Below, one piece after another: positions 19,001 to 29,164 of a stretch of 64,000 bases of DNA. Origin of the DNA: Nitrospirota bacterium (lineage in GTDB: Bacteria; Nitrospirota; Thermodesulfovibrionia; Thermodesulfovibrionales; Dissulfurispiraceae); assembly GCA_963790025.1 (NCBI GenBank), contig CAWBMP010000004.1, positions 1,088,001 to 1,152,000 of the forward strand, given 5' to 3'. The stretch's first letter is position 1. Each line of letters begins with the position of its first letter. The notes below the pieces were generated by a model that was given only the letters and a program-made list of their open reading frames with translations, searched no databases and was not told where the DNA came from. A program made the translations under genes and the position numbers.

Positions 19001-19507
19001 CTATGTCCTCCTCTTGGCCAGCACCAGGGCGCCGACGACTGCAACCAATAAGATAAGCGATGCTATTTCAAAGGGGAAAAGATATTCCGTATACAATACC
19101 CTGCCGATTGCCCTGGCATGAGTCTCGGCCTGGATAGCCTCTATTGTATACTTGCCGACCGGTCCCTGCGTTAGAGTGCTAAGAGCAAGGAAAAAGAGGA
19201 CAAGCATCGATCCCCCTACAAAAACCGCTATCGGCCACTCCCCCAGAAAGCGCTCGACCGTGACCTCTTTCTTCAGGCTAAGCATCATAATGACAAAAAG
19301 GAAGAGCACGAGTATTGCCCCGGCATATAATATCATCTGGACCGCGGCAAGAAATTCAGCGTTGAGAAATAAATAAAGTCCGGCAATATGAAAGAACAGA
19401 ACAAGCATCCACAGTATACTGTGTATCGGGTTCCGCCTCGTTATAATCAAAAGGGAAAGAACTACCATCACAATAGAAAAATATCCAAAAAACAGTTTAG
19501 GCAGCAT
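19001..19507 (-). CDS. nuoJ: NADH-quinone oxidoreductase subunit J
   Basis: [31 protein letters not shown]. Confidence 0.95.
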   Translation of the reverse strand: MLPKLFFGYFSIVMVVLSLLIITRRNPIHSILWMLVLFFHIAGLYLFLNAEFLAAVQMILYAGAILVLFLFVIMMLSLKKEVTVERFLGEWPIAVFVGGSMLVLFFLALSTLTQGPVGKYTIEAIQAETHARAIGRVLYTEYLFPFEIASLILLVAVVGALVLAKRRT

Positions 19508-20066
19508 TGCTCAACTCCTTCGGGATTTGTTTGGCGCCCCTGAATACCGCCTGGTCATCATGGGCTTCAAAGTCCTCGCTCTTGGGCCTCCAGAAACGTA
19601 GGTAGTATTCCACTCCCTTTTTACCAGCCATGTAATTGTCCCAGTTTGAAAGGAGTTTGTCCTTGTCCATAAAAAGGGCTTCCCGGGAGTAATCGGAATA
19701 CTCAAAATGCTCGGTGAGAGCTACCGCCTGGTAAGGGCATGCCTCCACGCAAAACCCGCAATAGACGCACCTGAGGACTTCAATCTCGTACCTGTCGACA
19801 ATCTTTGTATGGTCGGCGCCTTCACTGGTGTATACGTGAATACAGCGGGAGGGACAAACCGCCGAGCACAGGCCGCACCCCACGCACCTCGGGGAGCCGT
19901 CCGGTTTCCTTGCGAGGGCATGCAACCCGCGGAAGCCAGGCATTGCCGGCCGCTTTTCATCAGGATATTGCCTCGTCACAGGACGGGTAAACATCATCCT
20001 TAAGGTCAATCCCATGGCCTTCACAATTTCTAGCATGAAGAATTTTGTTGCGTATTTTCTTATCAT
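19497..20066 (-). CDS. nuoI: NADH-quinone oxidoreductase subunit I
   Basis: Two CxxCxxCxxxCP motifs, TRQYP, FRG. Confidence 0.95.
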   Translation of the reverse strand: MIRKYATKFFMLEIVKAMGLTLRMMFTRPVTRQYPDEKRPAMPGFRGLHALARKPDGSPRCVGCGLCSAVCPSRCIHVYTSEGADHTKIVDRYEIEVLRCVYCGFCVEACPYQAVALTEHFEYSDYSREALFMDKDKLLSNWDNYMAGKKGVEYYLRFWRPKSEDFEAHDDQAVFRGAKQIPKELSNAA

Positions 20067-20093
20067 AATTTACTTCCTTCTCCGCTATCCTGC

Positions 20094-21110
20094 CTATACG
20101 GTCAGGAATTTCACAATGGACGTTACCACTATATTCAGCAGTGCCAGCGGCAGCAGCACCTTCCATCCCAACGCCATAAGCTGATCATACCTGTATCTGG
20201 GCACCGTTGCCCTGACCCAATAAAAAAGGAATATATGAAAATATACTTTCAACAGAAACCAGACTATGCCGGGAACAAGCAGAAGTGCAGGGACTGCGTT
20301 GGTAATAACAGGAGGCAATGTCCAGCCTCCCCAAAAACAGAGCACAGCCATGGACGACATGACAAGCATGCCCATGTATTCTGAAACGAAATACAGTGCA
20401 AAGCGAAATCCACTGTACTCGACAAAATAGCCTGCCACCAACTCGCTCTCAGCCTCGGGCAAATCAAATGGAGTTCTGTTGGTCTCGGCAAATGCGGCAA
20501 CCATGAAGACAAAGTAGCCGATAAACTGCGGGAAGAGGAACATGCCGAACCAGTACTGATGCTGTACCCTTACAATTTCTGAAATACTCAATGAGCCGGA
20601 AAGGAGCATGACGCCTATGAGACTCATGCCCATGGAGACTTCATAGCTGACAACCTGTGCAGACGCTCTTAAGCCGCCGAGGAACGAAAACTTTGAATTT
20701 GATGACCATCCTGCCATAACGACACCGTAGGCGCCCAGAGATGACATGGCGAGAATGTAAAGGACGCTTATATTTATATCGGCTACCACAAACCCATCGA
20801 AAAAAGGGAGCACAGCCAGGGAACTCATGGTGGCGAAAATAAATATGATGGGCGCCATCTTGAAGACAGCATGGTCGGATTCGGCGGGAATAATGTCCTC
20901 CTTGAAGAAGAGCTTTAGGCCGTCTGCAAGAGGCTGCAATAGCCCGTGCGGCCCGACTCTCATTGGTCCCAGCCTTACTTGCATATGACCGATGACTTTT
21001 CTTTCAAAATAGGTGCAATACATGACGTGTACCATCGCCACGCTGATGACAGCAACAATTTTTAAAAGTATCATGACAAATGGCATTATGGTCTCAAAAT
21101 TCACTGACAC
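20094..21110 (-). CDS. nuoH: NADH-quinone oxidoreductase subunit H
   Basis: ERKVIG, RTPFDLPEAESELVAG, PRYRYDQL; GTG 21110 with GGAGG SD. Confidence 0.95.
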   Translation of the reverse strand: MSVNFETIMPFVMILLKIVAVISVAMVHVMYCTYFERKVIGHMQVRLGPMRVGPHGLLQPLADGLKLFFKEDIIPAESDHAVFKMAPIIFIFATMSSLAVLPFFDGFVVADINISVLYILAMSSLGAYGVVMAGWSSNSKFSFLGGLRASAQVVSYEVSMGMSLIGVMLLSGSLSISEIVRVQHQYWFGMFLFPQFIGYFVFMVAAFAETNRTPFDLPEAESELVAGYFVEYSGFRFALYFVSEYMGMLVMSSMAVLCFWGGWTLPPVITNAVPALLLVPGIVWFLLKVYFHIFLFYWVRATVPRYRYDQLMALGWKVLLPLALLNIVVTSIVKFLTV

Positions 21111-21156
21111 GCTGATACCTCCGCAGTAATACAATTTTGCGTCACGAGCAATTCAA

Positions 21157-22353
21157 TTACCTGTCGATTTCGCCCAGCACTATATCTAAAGTGCCGACGT
21201 TTGCAACAAAGTCCGCCACCATTGCGTCCTTGCAAAGAAGAGGCAGTGTAGACACATGGACGAAAGAGGGCGATCTCAGCCTCATCCTATATGGTTTTCC
21301 GCTTCCATCGCTGATGAAATAGAAGCCAAGTTCACCCTTCGGGACTTCTGTTGCCGCGTATATTTCACCTTGAGGCGCTGCTATAGGGCCCTTGGTAATC
21401 AAAACAAATTGGTGGATAAGCGATTCCATATCGGCCAGCACCCTGTCTTTGGCCGGTAAGGTGAATTTGGGCGCATCAGGCGCCATTATGGCCCCTTTGG
21501 GCAGTTGTTCTATGCACTGTCTAATGATCATGTTTGACTGTTTCATCTCTTCCATTCTGCAAAGATACCGGTCATACACATCGCCGTTTTTTCCCAGGGG
21601 CACATCGAATTCCACTTTGTCGTACGCATCATATGGGGCAAACTTCCGCAAATCGTAATAAACGCCGGAGCCGCGGAGGTTGGGACCGGTCATCCCCCAA
21701 CTCATTGCTTCTTCTGCAGTTACCACTCCGACGCCTATTGTCCGCTGTTTCCATATCCTGTTTTGATTCAGCAGGGTCTCATATTCCCGTTCTATGGTCG
21801 CCTCGAACGTATCCGTAAATGCATATAACTTGTCGAGAAACTCCTGGCTGACATCGTTTCTTACACCACCTATTCTCGGATAGCTTACCGTGAGTCTTGC
21901 GCCGCAGAGCATCTCGAACAGGTCCAGCAGGGTTTCCCTGTCTCTGAAAGAATACAGGAAGAGAGTCATAGCGCCGATGTCAAGGGCATGCGTCGCGACG
22001 CCGATTATGTGGCTGCTGATCCTCGCCATTTCGCAGGTCATTGTCCTGATGTATTTGGCCCGCTCAGGCACCTCGATGCCGAAAAGCTTTTCCACGGCAA
22101 CGCAGTATCCCACGTTATTGCACATGCTGGCAATATAGTCGAGCCTGTCCGTCAATGGCAACGCGGAAAGGTATGTCATGTTTTCGGCAAGCTTCTCTAT
22201 GCCCCTGTGAAGGTAGCCGATATGTGGAGTGCACTTCACTATGCTTTCGCCGTCGAGTTCGAGTACCACTTTAAGCACGCCGTGTGTCGCCGGGTGCTGA
22301 GGCCCCATGCTGATGGTCAAATTCTTTGTCTTCATTTCATTCGCGGTCGGCAT
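21157..22353 (-). CDS. nuoD: NADH-quinone oxidoreductase subunit D
   Basis: [25 protein letters not shown]; no NiFe CxxC. Confidence 0.97.
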   Translation of the reverse strand: MPTANEMKTKNLTISMGPQHPATHGVLKVVLELDGESIVKCTPHIGYLHRGIEKLAENMTYLSALPLTDRLDYIASMCNNVGYCVAVEKLFGIEVPERAKYIRTMTCEMARISSHIIGVATHALDIGAMTLFLYSFRDRETLLDLFEMLCGARLTVSYPRIGGVRNDVSQEFLDKLYAFTDTFEATIEREYETLLNQNRIWKQRTIGVGVVTAEEAMSWGMTGPNLRGSGVYYDLRKFAPYDAYDKVEFDVPLGKNGDVYDRYLCRMEEMKQSNMIIRQCIEQLPKGAIMAPDAPKFTLPAKDRVLADMESLIHQFVLITKGPIAAPQGEIYAATEVPKGELGFYFISDGSGKPYRMRLRSPSFVHVSTLPLLCKDAMVADFVANVGTLDIVLGEIDR

Positions 22354-22890
22354 CTATCTAACCTCGTAAGCTTTATTCTTTTCTGCCAGTGCCACAACCT
22401 CTTTATATCCTCGCCATTCCTTTTCGCCCAGGTCGCTCCTGAGCGGATAGTCTTTTCTCAGAGGATGCCCTTCCCAGTCCTCGGGCAAGAGGACACGCCT
22501 CAGGTCGGGATGGCCGTTGAAAGTGATGCCGAACAGGTCAAAACATTCGCGTTCATGCCAATTAGCTCCGGCCCAAATGCCGACGACACTGTCAATCGAA
22601 GCATCATCTTCAGCCACTTCAGCCTTGAGCCTTATCATGTGCCGGTGCTCGAACGAGTAAAGATGATACACCACCTCGAACCTCGGCTCCTTTTTGCCAA
22701 AATAATCTACTCCGCAAAGGTCCTCAAGAAAATTGAAATTCAGTTCCGGGTCCCCGTGCAGGTACTGCATTATTTCCTTGATCCTGTCTTTCTTCAGCAC
22801 CACGGATACCTGTCCGCGAAATTCGATTATTTCCTTTACTTCTTCGGCAAATTTCTCTTTTATCTTTTCAGCAATACCTATTGGTTCCAT
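22354..22890 (-). CDS. nuoC: NADH-quinone oxidoreductase subunit C
   Basis: ERECFDLFG, GHPLRKDYP. Confidence 0.95.
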   Translation of the reverse strand: MEPIGIAEKIKEKFAEEVKEIIEFRGQVSVVLKKDRIKEIMQYLHGDPELNFNFLEDLCGVDYFGKKEPRFEVVYHLYSFEHRHMIRLKAEVAEDDASIDSVVGIWAGANWHERECFDLFGITFNGHPDLRRVLLPEDWEGHPLRKDYPLRSDLGEKEWRGYKEVVALAEKNKAYEVR

Positions 22891-22899
22891 ATCAAGTTC

Positions 22900-23427
22900 C
22901 TATCTCCACATGCTCCACTTAAAGTGTTCTTTTTTCATCTTTTCCTGAAGCTTGATAATTCCCTGCATAAAGGCTTCGGGTCTCGGGGGACAACCCGGTA
23001 TGTAAACATCCACCGGCAAAAAGGTATCAACCCCCTGAACAGTGCTGTATGTGTCGAACACGCCTCCGGTGCATGCGCAACTACCCATCGCTATTACATA
23101 CCTGGGCTCGGGCATCTGGTCATAGACTGTTCTTATAACAGGGCACATCTTTTTGGTAACGGTGCCGGCAATGACAATGCAATCCGACTGCCTTGGCGAC
23201 GCCCTGAAGATTATTCCAAACCTGTCTAAATCGTAGTGTGATGATCCCGTGGTCATCATTTCAATAGCGCAACAGGCCAGTCCAAAGGTCATGGGCCATA
23301 ACGATCCTACTCTTGCCGCGTTCACGAGCTTGTCTATCGTCGTTATCAGGGCGTTTGTTCCGGGGATTACCCGTATCCCTTTTTCAATTTCGATCAACTC
23401 AGAAGTATTTTCCACTGCCATTGCCAT
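22900..23427 (-). CDS. nuoB: NADH-quinone oxidoreductase subunit B
   Basis: [17 protein letters not shown]. Confidence 0.97.
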   Translation of the reverse strand: MAMAVENTSELIEIEKGIRVIPGTNALITTIDKLVNAARVGSLWPMTFGLACCAIEMMTTGSSHYDLDRFGIIFRASPRQSDCIVIAGTVTKKMCPVIRTVYDQMPEPRYVIAMGSCACTGGVFDTYSTVQGVDTFLPVDVYIPGCPPRPEAFMQGIIKLQEKMKKEHFKWSMWR

Positions 23428-23441
23428 GTGCCCTTACCTCC

Positions 23442-23825
23442 TCAATCCCATTCAAATGCTTCTTTTTGCCAGGCATAGACATAGCCTACTACCAGGACCG
23501 CTATGAAAAGCAACATTTCTATCAAAGCGTAGATACCGATTTTATCATATACAAGTGCCCAAGGATACAAAAAAACAGCTTCAACATCGAAGATAACAAA
23601 AAGCATTGCAATTATATAAAACCTGACATTGAATTGCTGTCTGGGTTCCCCGATCGGCGGGTTTCCTGATTCATAAGGCGTAAGTTTTTCCCGGTAAGTC
23701 CTTTTCAGTCTGAACAAAGTGCCGATCAGCAACATCACAATGCCAAATAAAAAGGCAATTATCATAAATATCAATACTGGAAGATATTGCGTGGGAATAT
23801 AACTGCCCGGAATTATTGGATTCAT
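23442..23825 (-). CDS. nuoA: NADH-quinone oxidoreductase subunit A
   Basis: PYESG, FVIFDVEAVFLYPW. Confidence 0.95.
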   Translation of the reverse strand: MNPIIPGSYIPTQYLPVLIFMIIAFLFGIVMLLIGTLFRLKRTYREKLTPYESGNPPIGEPRQQFNVRFYIIAMLFVIFDVEAVFLYPWALVYDKIGIYALIEMLLFIAVLVVGYVYAWQKEAFEWD

Positions 23826-23890
23826 ATTTACCTTTACCCCTCTGATATAGACTTATTTGATCTGCTGTCTTTTACTACACCAAATTGTCA

Positions 23891-23920
23891 TTTATACCTT
23901 ACCTAACGATAGATTGTCAA
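23891..23920 (-). promoter_or_regulatory. Putative sigma70 promoter of the nuo operon
   Basis: Minus-strand TTGACA-18-TATAAA. Confidence 0.45.
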
Positions 23921-24022
23921 GCAAATGGCTATTAAAGATAGCAATACTCGGATTAATGATCGAAATACCGGGCCAAACAACGAGAAGGCGCGCTTTGGAA
24001 ATCTTTTATTATCATAAACTTC

Positions 24023-25762
24023 TCAATTTTTCTTTAATTTTACCATCACTTCATTCCCATTCCCGATAACCACAGGCTCCTGCTCCACTCCTAAAAGCCT
24101 GCCAGCCATGTAGGGAACTTTGTCTTTTAAATAATCTTTCATCTCACGGACGGTTATCTTCCCGTCTTTGTTAGCGTCAGCCCCGCCCTGTATCCCCTTG
24201 AGGAAATAATAAGTAAAGAGCGAGTGTCTTTTCTCAGGATACCATGCCGATACCTGGTCCACTGCCCCGCTTGTTATGATAATAGCGTTGGCAGGCCCCC
24301 GGTACTCTTTTTTTACCTTCACGATCGAAGGGCTGATGTCTGTAAGAAGCGTACCCTTTTCATAGTTGCCCGAAAAGCACGAATCCAAAACTATGGTCAT
24401 CTTCTTTGCTGGTATCTTTGAGAGGTTGTCGTAGAAGGTCTGGAGCATGTACCCGTTGTTCCTGATAAATTTGGGGTTGGCATCAACAGGCACGAAATAC
24501 GCCTCAGCGGAATCAAGGTCAGGTGCGCCGTGTCCGACGTAATAGACAAACACCTTTGACTTTCCGGGTTTAACAAACTGGAAGAGCCTGCCTTTGTAGT
24601 CCCGTTCGGAACCGAAAATCTCGCTGAATTTGGCAAAAGTGGCATCTTCCGCATATATGACATTTTTAGGGTCGAAGCCGAAGGTCTGGACTACATATTC
24701 CTTCATTATTCCCGCGTCCCTGTCAGCGTACTCGACATCGGGAGATCCTGAAGCCGAATAATGCTTGTTGCCGATTATGACCGCTACGTCGTAATTGCCT
24801 GCCTTTTCGCCTTCCGGGATATTAATGTCTACGTCCACACTCAGGCCGGTTGCAAGCCGGATGTAAGGCTTTCTTCCAGTCTCTAATCCCTTCACTATTG
24901 TCTCAGCGGTCTTTTTCTGCGGAGCATTCATTAAAAGTGAGAGAGGATAAGACACCCCGAATTGAGTCCTGCTCTCATTGATGTCTATAATGATAGGAAT
25001 ATTCTCTCCGCTTTTGATGCGGTTGTTCGTATAGAACATAAATTTAATGTCCCTGTACTTTCCCGCCTGCAAGTCACCTAGAGCAAAATGTGCATTGCTG
25101 TTTCCGGCAATAAAGACATTCTCTCCCAACTTTACGTCAGCAGTCACATTACCGGCGTCTCCGTAGCCAATGTTCTGGATCCTTACGGTGATCCCAACTA
25201 TCTCCATGGGCTGGACCCTGTAACTCTTGTTCTGGTCCTCTATTCCGATGTCTGCGACAACCAGTTTCGGGGGCTCAAATGCTTTTGTCTTAAATACTAC
25301 CTTTAGCGGAGAGGCATCAAATCCGCTAGATTCTTTGACCACTATATTGAAGCTCAGGTCCCCGGTCGGCAGTTCCTCCGTCGCCCTTAATTTGACCTCT
25401 TTTGACACGCTCCCGCCAGCTGCTATTGTGCCGAATGATATCGTTTTGTCATAAAAAAGACCTTCTGTCCGCTTGTTTGCGCTTATTTCAGCCACGACGT
25501 CGAAGGCATCTCCCTTTCCGTTGTTCTGCACATTGATGATAAGCTTGCCTGTCCCGTTAGCATAAAGTATGTTGTTGCCGGAAGGTTCATAAAACAGCAC
25601 AGATGCTGAAAGGGCCGGAGGTTGAGGGTATACATTCACCTTGATAGTACCCTGTTCTGCAAAAACCGAAGAGGCAGCAAACAAAAAGTAAAAGGTAAGA
25701 AGTAAAAAGTAAAAAGTTACGGCTGCATATCTGATCAGTAAGTTAAATTTCGTTTTAACCAT
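24023..25762 (-). CDS. Secreted caspase-family (peptidase C14) protein with two N-terminal Ig/CARDB-like domains
   Basis: Signal peptide; YYVGHG and LDSCFSG catalytic His/Cys motifs; DANKDGKIT tail. Confidence 0.85.
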   Translation of the reverse strand: MVKTKFNLLIRYAAVTFYFLLLTFYFLFAASSVFAEQGTIKVNVYPQPPALSASVLFYEPSGNNILYANGTGKLIINVQNNGKGDAFDVVAEISANKRTEGLFYDKTISFGTIAAGGSVSKEVKLRATEELPTGDLSFNIVVKESSGFDASPLKVVFKTKAFEPPKLVVADIGIEDQNKSYRVQPMEIVGITVRIQNIGYGDAGNVTADVKLGENVFIAGNSNAHFALGDLQAGKYRDIKFMFYTNNRIKSGENIPIIIDINESRTQFGVSYPLSLLMNAPQKKTAETIVKGLETGRKPYIRLATGLSVDVDINIPEGEKAGNYDVAVIIGNKHYSASGSPDVEYADRDAGIMKEYVVQTFGFDPKNVIYAEDATFAKFSEIFGSERDYKGRLFQFVKPGKSKVFVYYVGHGAPDLDSAEAYFVPVDANPKFIRNNGYMLQTFYDNLSKIPAKKMTIVLDSCFSGNYEKGTLLTDISPSIVKVKKEYRGPANAIIITSGAVDQVSAWYPEKRHSLFTYYFLKGIQGGADANKDGKITVREMKDYLKDKVPYMAGRLLGVEQEPVVIGNGNEVMVKLKKN

Positions 25763-25808
25763 AGTTTGGGCACCATGAATGCTAACGTCTGTTAATACTT
25801 ACCACTTT

Positions 25809-26633
25809 TTACTTGACATTCACCACTTCATATGTGAGTATGACATTTTCGGCACAATCTGCAATATCCGAGTATTTCCTGAAAAATTCGGTGACGCTCA
25901 TGATTTCGTATGGGCTGAAGATGTCGATGAAGTCTTTGGGGCAGCTTTCGTCGAGTGCCGCGATAAAAAACGCCTCGTCATCTCTCCTGTGCCCATCGAG
26001 GGTATGCATGATCAGTTCGGTCTTGGTGTCTCTATCAGGAAAGACCAGTCTCCTTTCTCTTGAGATACTGTTCTCTTTGTCATAGCCGTTCGGGAAAACC
26101 ATAACAACCTTGTCGTCTGCCGTCATATTGAAAATTCCGATCTTTGCACTCCCGCCGCTATCGATTTCTACTACAGCCTTGTCACCATTTTTGTAAAGAA
26201 CACTGTTAGTCTTTGCCCGGAGCCCCAAAGGCCTGATACTCGGTTCAGAGACTCTTACATCAGCAATGATTCTGACCCGGTATTCTGGGATTGGCGGCTC
26301 TGACAGGTCTTTTTGATACTGGCCCAGGGGCAGCCATTCGACTTTTTCATGAACAATAAATCCCCTGGAATATGTCTTTATAAATTCGGCGGTAAGGACC
26401 ATATTGGTAACAAGAGAACCGGAGGCTACAACCGTTCCAACGACCTGTTCAATTGCCGAGGCCCTTGCCCTCTGAAGCGCTATCAACTGACATTGTTCGG
26501 CGCTCATTCCCACAATTGCGCATGAGCCTTCGGCCACAACCTTTTCAACTGTACCGGCACAGCAGAGGTTTGACGCCTGGATCATTAAAACCAGTAAAAA
26601 TAAAATTATTGCAGCTATGCGAAACATTTTCAT
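25809..26633 (-). CDS. Exported protein (FlgT-N-like plus DUF4384-like domains)
   Basis: Signal peptide; VVAEG...ALQRARASAIEQVVG; YKNGD...IFNMTADDKVVMVFPN; start inferred from GGGGGAG SD. Confidence 0.55.
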   Translation of the reverse strand: MKMFRIAAIILFLLVLMIQASNLCCAGTVEKVVAEGSCAIVGMSAEQCQLIALQRARASAIEQVVGTVVASGSLVTNMVLTAEFIKTYSRGFIVHEKVEWLPLGQYQKDLSEPPIPEYRVRIIADVRVSEPSIRPLGLRAKTNSVLYKNGDKAVVEIDSGGSAKIGIFNMTADDKVVMVFPNGYDKENSISRERRLVFPDRDTKTELIMHTLDGHRRDDEAFFIAALDESCPKDFIDIFSPYEIMSVTEFFRKYSDIADCAENVILTYEVVNVK

Positions 26634-26737
26634 CGCCGAAAAACTCCCCCCCATCTGTATATAAAGTATATCAGTGCTTTCAAGTATCTGTATATATCCT
26701 TGTTCTTTACCGCAGAAGTGCAGTAAAATCAACGTAT

Positions 26738-27532
26738 ATGGATGTCCTAACCGCTATAATCGAAAAGAAAGCTGAACGCCTGGTACACTCAAAAAGCATT
26801 GTTTCGTTGCAGGATTTAAAATGCGCCATTGCAGATGCCGATAATAAAAGCCGGGACTTCAAGACTGCTTTAAGCGCTGAAAGGGGAGAGATAAAGCTTA
26901 TTGCCGAACTGAAAAAGGCCTCTCCGTCAAAAGGAATCATACTACCCGATTTCGATCCCGCGTCAATTGCGTCGCTGTATGAAAGAAAGCCGGTCAGTGC
27001 CCTCTCTGTCCTCACTGAAGAAGACTTTTTCCAGGGCAGCCTCTCGTACCTGGGAACAGTGAGAAATGTTGCTTCAAAACCCGTTTTGAGAAAAGATTTC
27101 ATTTTTGATGACTATCAGATATATGAATCAAAAGCGAACCATGCGGATGCTGTGCTGCTTATTGCCTCTGTTTTGGGGAGAAACCAGGCACAGGAATATC
27201 TTCATTTGTCCGGCGAACTAGGTCTGGGAGTGCTTTTTGAAGTTCACAATGAAGAAGACCTTGAAAAGGCCCTCCTGGTAAAGGCTGATATTATCGGCAT
27301 AAACAACCGCGACCTTAAGACATTAATAATTGACCTTTCGACAACGCTGCGGCTGAAAAAGGACATACCTGAAGACCGCATCATAGTTAGCGAAAGCGGT
27401 ATCAGGAACAGAGATGATGTTGTAACACTTATAGATGCCGGTATTGCAGCAATACTTGTAGGCACCTCGCTGATGGCAGCCAGGGACATAGGGGCAAAAA
27501 TCGATGAACTCATGGGGATCAGTAAGAAGTAG
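26738..27532 (+). CDS. trpC: Indole-3-glycerol phosphate synthase
   Basis: IAELKKASPSKG, LRKDFI, GINNRDL, VSESGI; real start ATG 26738. Confidence 0.97.
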   Translation: MDVLTAIIEKKAERLVHSKSIVSLQDLKCAIADADNKSRDFKTALSAERGEIKLIAELKKASPSKGIILPDFDPASIASLYERKPVSALSVLTEEDFFQGSLSYLGTVRNVASKPVLRKDFIFDDYQIYESKANHADAVLLIASVLGRNQAQEYLHLSGELGLGVLFEVHNEEDLEKALLVKADIIGINNRDLKTLIIDLSTTLRLKKDIPEDRIIVSESGIRNRDDVVTLIDAGIAAILVGTSLMAARDIGAKIDELMGISKK

Positions 27533-27651
27533 GCAGTAAGCAGCAAAAGACAAACAAAAAAGGTAAGCAGTCATCGGTAGAGTGTATCTTCCAGTTTTTG
27601 CCGTTTCTGCTTACTGCCTACTTCTTACTGCTTACTTTCTTTGCTGCCTAC
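27521..27651. repeat. Inverted array of heptamer repeats (AGTAAGC/AGTAGGC vs GCTTACT/GCCTACT) between convergent genes
   Basis: Seen directly in the sequence; forms a long hairpin. Confidence 0.8.
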
Positions 27652-27953
27652 TTTTTAATGTTTTGATGCAGATACTCTTCCCATTCCATGGGGAAAAGAT
27701 ACTTCTTTTTATTGTTGCAGGTTTTGCATGCAGTGACAATATTGCTCTTTACTGATTTGCCGCCGCGGACAAGCGGCACTATGTGGTCCATGGTCAGCAG
27801 TTTTGCGTGGACCCTGGAATTGCAGTAGTAGCAAGTGCCGGCAGCACGCTTCCTTTTCCACCAGGTGCTCTGGCGGAGTTCGCGAGCAATGCTCCGCTCT
27901 TTTTTGATTTCGACCTCTGTTACAACAGAAGTAAAAGGAGTGTTATGCGTAAT
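27648..27953 (-). CDS. HNH endonuclease-family protein, 101 aa (not in ORF track; non-canonical start)
   Basis: Manual translation ...ARELRQSTWWKRK...CYYC...LTMDHIVPLVRGGKSVKSNIVTACKTCNNKKK. Confidence 0.85.
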   Translation of the reverse strand: MTHNTPFTSVVTEVEIKKERSIARELRQSTWWKRKRAAGTCYYCNSRVHAKLLTMDHIVPLVRGGKSVKSNIVTACKTCNNKKKYLFPMEWEEYLHQNIKK

Positions 27954-28231
27954 TATCTCCGGCCTTTTTTTGCGTCTTCCTCTTCAAAAAGCTTCCTATA
28001 CATGATTTCCCACTCCGGGCTCCCCTCGATGATCTTTTTTGTATAAGACTGAAGCTTCTTTGTCACTTCGGCGTCGATGTCCTCGCCGATTTTTAATTCG
28101 TTGATGATAGTACGTTTTATTTCCCTCCTCAGCAGGCTGTCATCTTCCTTTAAGATAATCAAGCCCTTTTCCATCAATCCTTTTAACAGCAAATGAGTCG
28201 TGAGGGTTATCTTATCGTCAGAGAGCATCAT
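27953..28231 (-). CDS. DUF507-like protein
   Basis: LSDDKI...EGSPEWEIMYRKLFEEE; paired with the adjacent paralog. Confidence 0.75.
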   Translation of the reverse strand: MMLSDDKITLTTHLLLKGLMEKGLIILKEDDSLLRREIKRTIINELKIGEDIDAEVTKKLQSYTKKIIEGSPEWEIMYRKLFEEEDAKKGRR

Positions 28232-28509
28232 AGTACAATGTTCCTTTCCCTGACAAGCTTCTGTTTTGTCATATCAAAAAGTTTCCTGAAATCAAGTCTC
28301 CCTTTCTCTATTTCCGATTCGTACTTCTTCAACAGTTGCCGCACCTCTTCGTTCAGCCTGTCTTCAACCATCAGCTCATCAAGGAGAAGGAGTTCGGTTT
28401 CTTCTATAAGCCGCTCAACAGGAACAGCCGATTCAATGAGTCCCTTGTTAACAAGATTGTTGACAATCTGCTTTGCAATAAAAGGCACCCAACTCTTCGG
28501 TATGCGCAT
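28228..28509 (-). CDS. DUF507-like protein
   Basis: MRIPK...EDRLNEEVRQLL...FDMTKQKL. Confidence 0.75.
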   Translation of the reverse strand: MRIPKSWVPFIAKQIVNNLVNKGLIESAVPVERLIEETELLLLDELMVEDRLNEEVRQLLKKYESEIEKGRLDFRKLFDMTKQKLVRERNIVL

Positions 28510-28510
28510 A

Positions 28511-28735
28511 CTATTTTTCCATAAAAGGCAAGAGTGCAATATACCGTGCTCTCTTGATTGCGGTTGTCAACTCCCTCTGATGGGCCGCGCAGTTCCCTGT
28601 CATTTTCCTCGTCAGGATCTTACCGCGCTCGGTCATATAACTCCTCAGACCTTTTAAATCCTTATAGTCAATAAACGGTATCTTATCGGCGCAAAATCTG
28701 CAGAATTTCCTTTTCTGAAACCTCTTCTGTTGCAT
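28511..28735 (-). CDS. rpsR: 30S ribosomal protein S18
   Basis: CRFC, IDYKD, ERGKI, AIKRAR. Confidence 0.98.
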   Translation of the reverse strand: MQQKRFQKRKFCRFCADKIPFIDYKDLKGLRSYMTERGKILTRKMTGNCAAHQRELTTAIKRARYIALLPFMEK

Positions 28736-28753
28736 GTGATCTCCTTTCCTATT

Positions 28754-29164
28754 TTAAAACGGCTCTAAATCCGTAGTTTCATCAGGCGGTGTATCAGCAA
28801 TACCCGGTCCTTCGGCAGATCCTTCAGCACGAGACTGCCTCTGCTCGCGTTTTGGCAGAAATCTTACGTCCCTCGCTATGACTTCAAATTTGCTCTTCTG
28901 GACCCCTTCCGTCTCCCATTTCCGCTCCCGGAGCCTGCCTTCAATCAGTACAGGATTACCCTTACTCAGGTAGTGTCCGCAGCTCTCAGCCTGTTTGCCG
29001 AATACAACAGCATTGATAAAGAGCACCTCTTCTTTTGTATCATCACCTTGTTTATACTTGGAATTGACAGCGATCGAAATCGTCGCAACCGGGGTCCCGC
29101 CAGGTGTATACCGCACTTCAGGATCTCTCGTAAGATTCCCTATCAGAATGATACGGTTAAACAT
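28754..29164 (-). CDS. ssb: Single-stranded DNA-binding protein
   Basis: NRIILIGNLTRDPE, acidic tail DLEPF, rpsF-ssb-rpsR context. Confidence 0.97.
   Translation of the reverse strand: MFNRIILIGNLTRDPEVRYTPGGTPVATISIAVNSKYKQGDDTKEEVLFINAVVFGKQAESCGHYLSKGNPVLIEGRLRERKWETEGVQKSKFEVIARDVRFLPKREQRQSRAEGSAEGPGIADTPPDETTDLEPF

Noticed and set aside
21988..23229. 413-aa + strand ORF
   Set aside because: Antisense shadow of nuoD/C/B with no recognisable motifs.
26453..26737. 95-aa N-terminal extension of TrpC
   Set aside because: Overlaps the divergent gene; TrpC homology starts at ATG 26738.
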